The position numbers and the translations under genes were made by a program. Shown piece after piece: positions 34,595 through 37,904 of a DNA stretch of 37,904 nt. Numbering within the stretch: position 1 is the stretch's first letter; each line of letters opens with the position of its first letter. The notes beneath the pieces were generated by a model. The model saw only the letters and a list, made by a program, of their open reading frames with translations. It was not told where the DNA came from and searched no databases. Source of the stretch: Candidatus Dormiibacterota bacterium (GTDB lineage: Bacteria > Chloroflexota > Dormibacteria > Dormibacterales > Dormibacteraceae); contig DATCPU010000127.1 in the NCBI GenBank assembly GCA_036569925.1, positions 1 to 37,904 on the forward strand, given 5' to 3'.

Positions 34595-35470
34595 ATGACC
34601 CTGGTCCTGGAGGCCGCGGTGCTTGGCGTCCTTACGGGAGGCGTTTATGCGCTGATGGCATCCGGCCTGACTCTCATCTTCGGCGTCATGCGCATCATCA
34701 ACGTGGGTCACGGAGCGCTCGTGATTCTTGGGGCTTATCTGAGCTTCGTTTTGTGGCGCAACCTGAACATCGATCCGTTCGTGAGCCTGGTCGTGACGAT
34801 GCCGGTCATGTTCATCCTCGGCATGATCCTGCAGGTCGTTTTCGTGCGACCCCTTAAAACGGATCGTGAAGCGTTGTCGGTGCTTGTCACCTATGCGCTC
34901 GCACTGGGCATCGAGGGTCTGCTCGGCTACTTCTTCACCTCAAACTACGTACAGATCACCGCCTGGTACGACACCGCAAGCTTTCCAATCGGCAACTTTC
35001 GAATCACTTACGTCTACGTCTACGGCTTTCTGCTGTGCTTGGCCATCCTGGGCGCAATCTTCCTCATGCTCTATCGCACCAACTTCGGGGGCGCCATCCG
35101 GGCGACGATGCTCAACCGGACCGCGGCCCAGCTCGTAGGCATCGACGTTGACCGCGTATCGGCGATCGCCTTCGGCATCGGCATGGCCACGGCGGCCGCC
35201 GGTGGTGTGGTGTTCGGAATTACCAACACGTTCAATCCTGGAAGTCACTACGACTTGATCTCGAGGCTGCTGACGATCATCGTCCTCGGCGGCCTGGGAA
35301 GCCTACGCGGCGCCATCATCGCAGCCCTGGTGATGCTGGTGATCGAAGACGTCACTGCAGTGGTGATCTCGCCGGTCTGGGCAAGCTTTGTCTTCTTTGT
35401 CGTGCTGGTCGCCGTTTTGCTCGTCAGGCCGCAGGGACTGTTCGGCCTGACAGTACGGGAGCGGGTGTGA
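34595..35470 (+). CDS. branched-chain amino acid-type ABC transporter permease (LivH-like)
   Basis: 291-aa polytopic membrane ORF. GGVYALMASGLTLIFGVMRIINVGHG is the typical LivH N-terminus. Confidence 0.9.
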   Translation: MTLVLEAAVLGVLTGGVYALMASGLTLIFGVMRIINVGHGALVILGAYLSFVLWRNLNIDPFVSLVVTMPVMFILGMILQVVFVRPLKTDREALSVLVTYALALGIEGLLGYFFTSNYVQITAWYDTASFPIGNFRITYVYVYGFLLCLAILGAIFLMLYRTNFGGAIRATMLNRTAAQLVGIDVDRVSAIAFGIGMATAAAGGVVFGITNTFNPGSHYDLISRLLTIIVLGGLGSLRGAIIAALVMLVIEDVTAVVISPVWASFVFFVVLVAVLLVRPQGLFGLTVRERV

Positions 35471-36471
35471 TGCGACTGCGGCAAAGGCGCGCCTTGATGG
35501 GTGTGGGCCTGGTCGCAGCCGTGACAGCCGCGCTCGTGTTGCCCGCGATATGGCCGGATTCAGCGAGCACGAACATCATGGTCTTCACCGCGATGTACGT
35601 CGGGCTGGCGACCGCCTGGAACATCATGGGCGGCTATACCGGCTACATCTCCCTGGGGCACGCGGGTTTCTTTGGCTTCGGTTCCTATGCGCTGGGCCTG
35701 ATCCTTGCCAAGCTCGGGGTCGCCGGCGGCTACGCGCCTTTCCTGTATGTCCCGGTGGCAGGCATTCTCACGGCGGTGCTGGCCGCCGCCGTCGGCTGGT
35801 TTGCGCTGCGCACGAGGGCGGCGACCTTTGTCATCGTGACCATCGCTTTCATGTTCATGCTGCAGCTTCTCGCTGAGAATCTCACGAGCCTGACCGGCGG
35901 CGGTGCAGGCCTCGGCTTCCCCATTCCGCCGTGGCGGGGCGACTTCTTCAACATCCCCTTCTACTACGCAATGCTGGCGCTTGCCCTCATGGGGCTGGCT
36001 GCCTCTTGGTGGATACGTGCATCGAAGTTCGGCCTTGGGCTGCTCGCCATTCGCGATGACGAAGACAAGGCGCTTGCCGTCGGTGTCCCCGCGCGCGCAT
36101 TCAAGCTGACTGCTTTTGTGATCAGCGCAGCCGTGGTGGGCATGATCGGCGCGGTCTACGGCTATTACGTGACGTTCATCTACCCCCAGTTCGTGGTCGA
36201 TCCGCTGATCGGCATTTCGATGGTGTTGATGGTTTTCCTGGGTGGGCTCGGCACTCTGTGGGGGCCCGTGCTTGGTGCGCTGATCCTCGAACCCGCCCAG
36301 CTCTGGCTGGCCTACAACTACGGCGCCAGCCGGCTCTACCTCGTCCTGTACTCGGCGGTCTTTTTGCTCGTCATCTTGCTCATGCCGCGCGGGATCATCC
36401 CCTCGGTTAGTGAGCTGATAGCCAGCCGTCGGGCGGCCTCGCCAGGCCAGACCGCGAAGGCAGGGCCATGA
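35467..36471 (+). CDS. branched-chain amino acid-type ABC transporter permease (LivM-like)
   Basis: 334-aa polytopic ORF with TAWNIMGGYTGYISLGHAGFFGFGSY and AIRDDEDKA motifs. Start overlaps the upstream stop. Confidence 0.9.
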   Translation: MMRLRQRRALMGVGLVAAVTAALVLPAIWPDSASTNIMVFTAMYVGLATAWNIMGGYTGYISLGHAGFFGFGSYALGLILAKLGVAGGYAPFLYVPVAGILTAVLAAAVGWFALRTRAATFVIVTIAFMFMLQLLAENLTSLTGGGAGLGFPIPPWRGDFFNIPFYYAMLALALMGLAASWWIRASKFGLGLLAIRDDEDKALAVGVPARAFKLTAFVISAAVVGMIGAVYGYYVTFIYPQFVVDPLIGISMVLMVFLGGLGTLWGPVLGALILEPAQLWLAYNYGASRLYLVLYSAVFLLVILLMPRGIIPSVSELIASRRAASPGQTAKAGP

Positions 36472-37199
36472 ACCTGCTGCAGGTCGACCACCTCAGCAAG
36501 CGCTTCGGCGGCGTCGTCGCCGTCGACGACTGCACGATTTCCATCCCGGCGGGTGGCATCACCGGCCTCATCGGCCCCAACGGCTCCGGCAAGACAACGA
36601 TCTTCAACCTGATCACGGGCTTCATCGCCAAGGACCAGGGTCAGATCACTTTCAAGTCACTGGCGATCGACGGCCTCGGACCCGATCGTGTCTACGAACG
36701 CGGCATCGGGCGCACGTTTCAGCTCCCTCGCATCTTCCCGCGCCTCACTGCTCTCGAAAACCTTCTCGTGCCGATTCGCCGCAAGGGATTGCGCGCGCTG
36801 TTCTCGCGAGCCGGCTTGAGCGATGAGAGGTCGAAAGCTATGGAGATGCTCGAGTTCCTCGAGATGGCGCACGTCGCCGGCCTGCTCGGTGGCTCGCTTT
36901 CCTACGGACAGCGCAAGCTGCTCGAGTTGGGCGCGGTGATGATGGCTCAGCCCGAGCTCGTGCTGCTCGACGAGCCGGCAGGCGGCGTCAACCCGGCGCT
37001 GCTCGAGCGCATTGCCGACCGCCTTCGCACGCTCAACTCGCGTGGAACCTCGTTCCTGATCGTCGAGCACAACATGAGCTTTGTGATGAAACTGTGCTCC
37101 GAGGTCATCGTGGTGCAGCGAGGACGTCAGATCGCCACCGGCAAGCCCGAGGACGTTCGCAGCGATCCGGCAGTCCTCGACGCGTACCTGGGGGCCTGA
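36468..37199 (+). CDS. ABC transporter ATP-binding protein (LivG-like)
   Basis: 243-aa ORF with Walker A GPNGSGKTT, signature LSYGQRK, Walker B LVLLDEPAGG. ATGA overlap with the permease stop. Confidence 0.9.
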   Translation: MNLLQVDHLSKRFGGVVAVDDCTISIPAGGITGLIGPNGSGKTTIFNLITGFIAKDQGQITFKSLAIDGLGPDRVYERGIGRTFQLPRIFPRLTALENLLVPIRRKGLRALFSRAGLSDERSKAMEMLEFLEMAHVAGLLGGSLSYGQRKLLELGAVMMAQPELVLLDEPAGGVNPALLERIADRLRTLNSRGTSFLIVEHNMSFVMKLCSEVIVVQRGRQIATGKPEDVRSDPAVLDAYLGA

Positions 37200-37200
37200 C

Positions 37201-37904
37201 ATGGGAGCACTGCTCGAGCTCCAGGGCCTGGTCGCGGGCTATGGAGGTGGCGACATCCTCCAAGGGGTGGACCTGACCGTGGACGAGGGGAGCCTGACGT
37301 GCATAGTCGGGCCGAACGGCGCCGGCAAATCGACGTTGTTACGGGTGGTCAGCGGCCTGCTGCGGCCAACTCGCGGTTCGGTGAAATTTCGCCAGGAGTC
37401 GATCGCGAAGCTCAGCCCCCGGGCGATTCTCAGCCGAGGCATCGTCCAAGTCCCGCAGGAGCGCAGCCTGTTCCCGACAATGACGGTCTGGGAAAACGTG
37501 CGCCTCGGGGCTTACACGGTGCGCGACAGGGGCCTGGTCGAGCGGCGCCTGGCGGCGGTGGGTGAGACTTTCCCGATCGTCAAGGAGCGTCGGAACGATC
37601 TCGCGGCGTCCTTGTCCGGCGGGCAGCAGAAGATCGTGGAGTTCGCGCGCGCGATGATGCTCGACCCGTCGCTCCTCATTCTCGACGAGCCGTCCATGGG
37701 TCTCGACCCGAAGACCCGCACCATCGTCTTCAACACGATTCGCTCGATGAACGACGCGGGCCACACCCTTCTTCTCGTCGAGCAGAACGCGCGCTCCGGC
37801 CTGGCCATCGCCACGCACGGCGTGGTCATGGAGAGCGGACGGATCCGGCTCGAGGGCCCTGGGCCCGACGTGCTGAGCAACCCCGAGATCGGCCGGCTCT
37901 ATTT
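37201..37904 (+). CDS. ABC transporter ATP-binding protein (LivF-like), 3' end truncated by window edge
   Basis: Not in the ORF track because no stop is reached. ATG 37201 lies 1 nt after the LivG-like stop. My translation gives MGALLELQGLVAGYGGGDILQGVDLTV...GPNGAGKST...LSGGQQK...LLILDEPSMGLDP, open to the end of the window. Confidence 0.85.
   Translation, partial: MGALLELQGLVAGYGGGDILQGVDLTVDEGSLTCIVGPNGAGKSTLLRVVSGLLRPTRGSVKFRQESIAKLSPRAILSRGIVQVPQERSLFPTMTVWENVRLGAYTVRDRGLVERRLAAVGETFPIVKERRNDLAASLSGGQQKIVEFARAMMLDPSLLILDEPSMGLDPKTRTIVFNTIRSMNDAGHTLLLVEQNARSGLAIATHGVVMESGRIRLEGPGPDVLSNPEIGRLY

Noticed and set aside
1-37904. Search by eye for CRISPR arrays, rRNA/tRNA genes, transposases, integrases, toxin-antitoxin pairs, reverse transcriptases and defence-island hallmarks
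   Set aside because: None were recognised. Every ORF longer than ~100 aa with a plausible composition could be assigned to a metabolic, envelope, transport or regulatory family. Intergenic regions are too short to hide such elements.

Overview
High-GC, very gene-dense bacterial chromosomal segment. It holds about 40 protein-coding genes on both strands. Many have 1-14 nt start/stop overlaps, and GTG/TTG starts are frequent. I recognised no rRNA, tRNA, CRISPR array, transposase, integrase or phage gene. Gene order: 5'-truncated amidase coupled to a patatin-like lipase. Then a minus-strand block of tadE-like, tadE-like and large tadG-like genes, a stand-alone UBP-type zinc finger and a secreted BNR/Asp-box protein. 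Next come YdeI-family, SDR, aldo/keto reductase, a hybrid PAS histidine kinase with an overlapping single-domain response regulator, GNAT, and a second amidase coupled to a GT1 glycosyltransferase. These are followed by a beta-propeller lipoprotein, an MBL hydrolase, a class-III aminotransferase, a membrane-anchored beta-helix protein and a CBS-pair protein. Then a small interrupted ORF, an ECF-type sigma factor and ftsE-ftsX-M23 peptidase. A seven-gene co-directional block follows: HIBADH-like dehydrogenase, M24 hydrolase, E1 alpha/beta, PfkB kinase, PsuG and PIG-L deacetylase. It lies behind a LacI-family regulator that is divergent from a Liv/HAAT-type ABC transporter operon running off the window. 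I do not see a clear defence or other obviously new system. The best candidates for follow-up are: (1) the LacI regulon, defined by two near-identical CG-centred operators that link the mixed seven-gene block to an amino-acid-type transporter; (2) the stand-alone Tad pseudopilin-like trio, which has a large unassignable ectodomain and no pilus machinery nearby; (3) a small ORF next to the sigma factor whose coding signal continues in the -1 frame across a T6 run. Start codons are inferred by eye and several are uncertain. All family calls come from motif recognition, not from searches.
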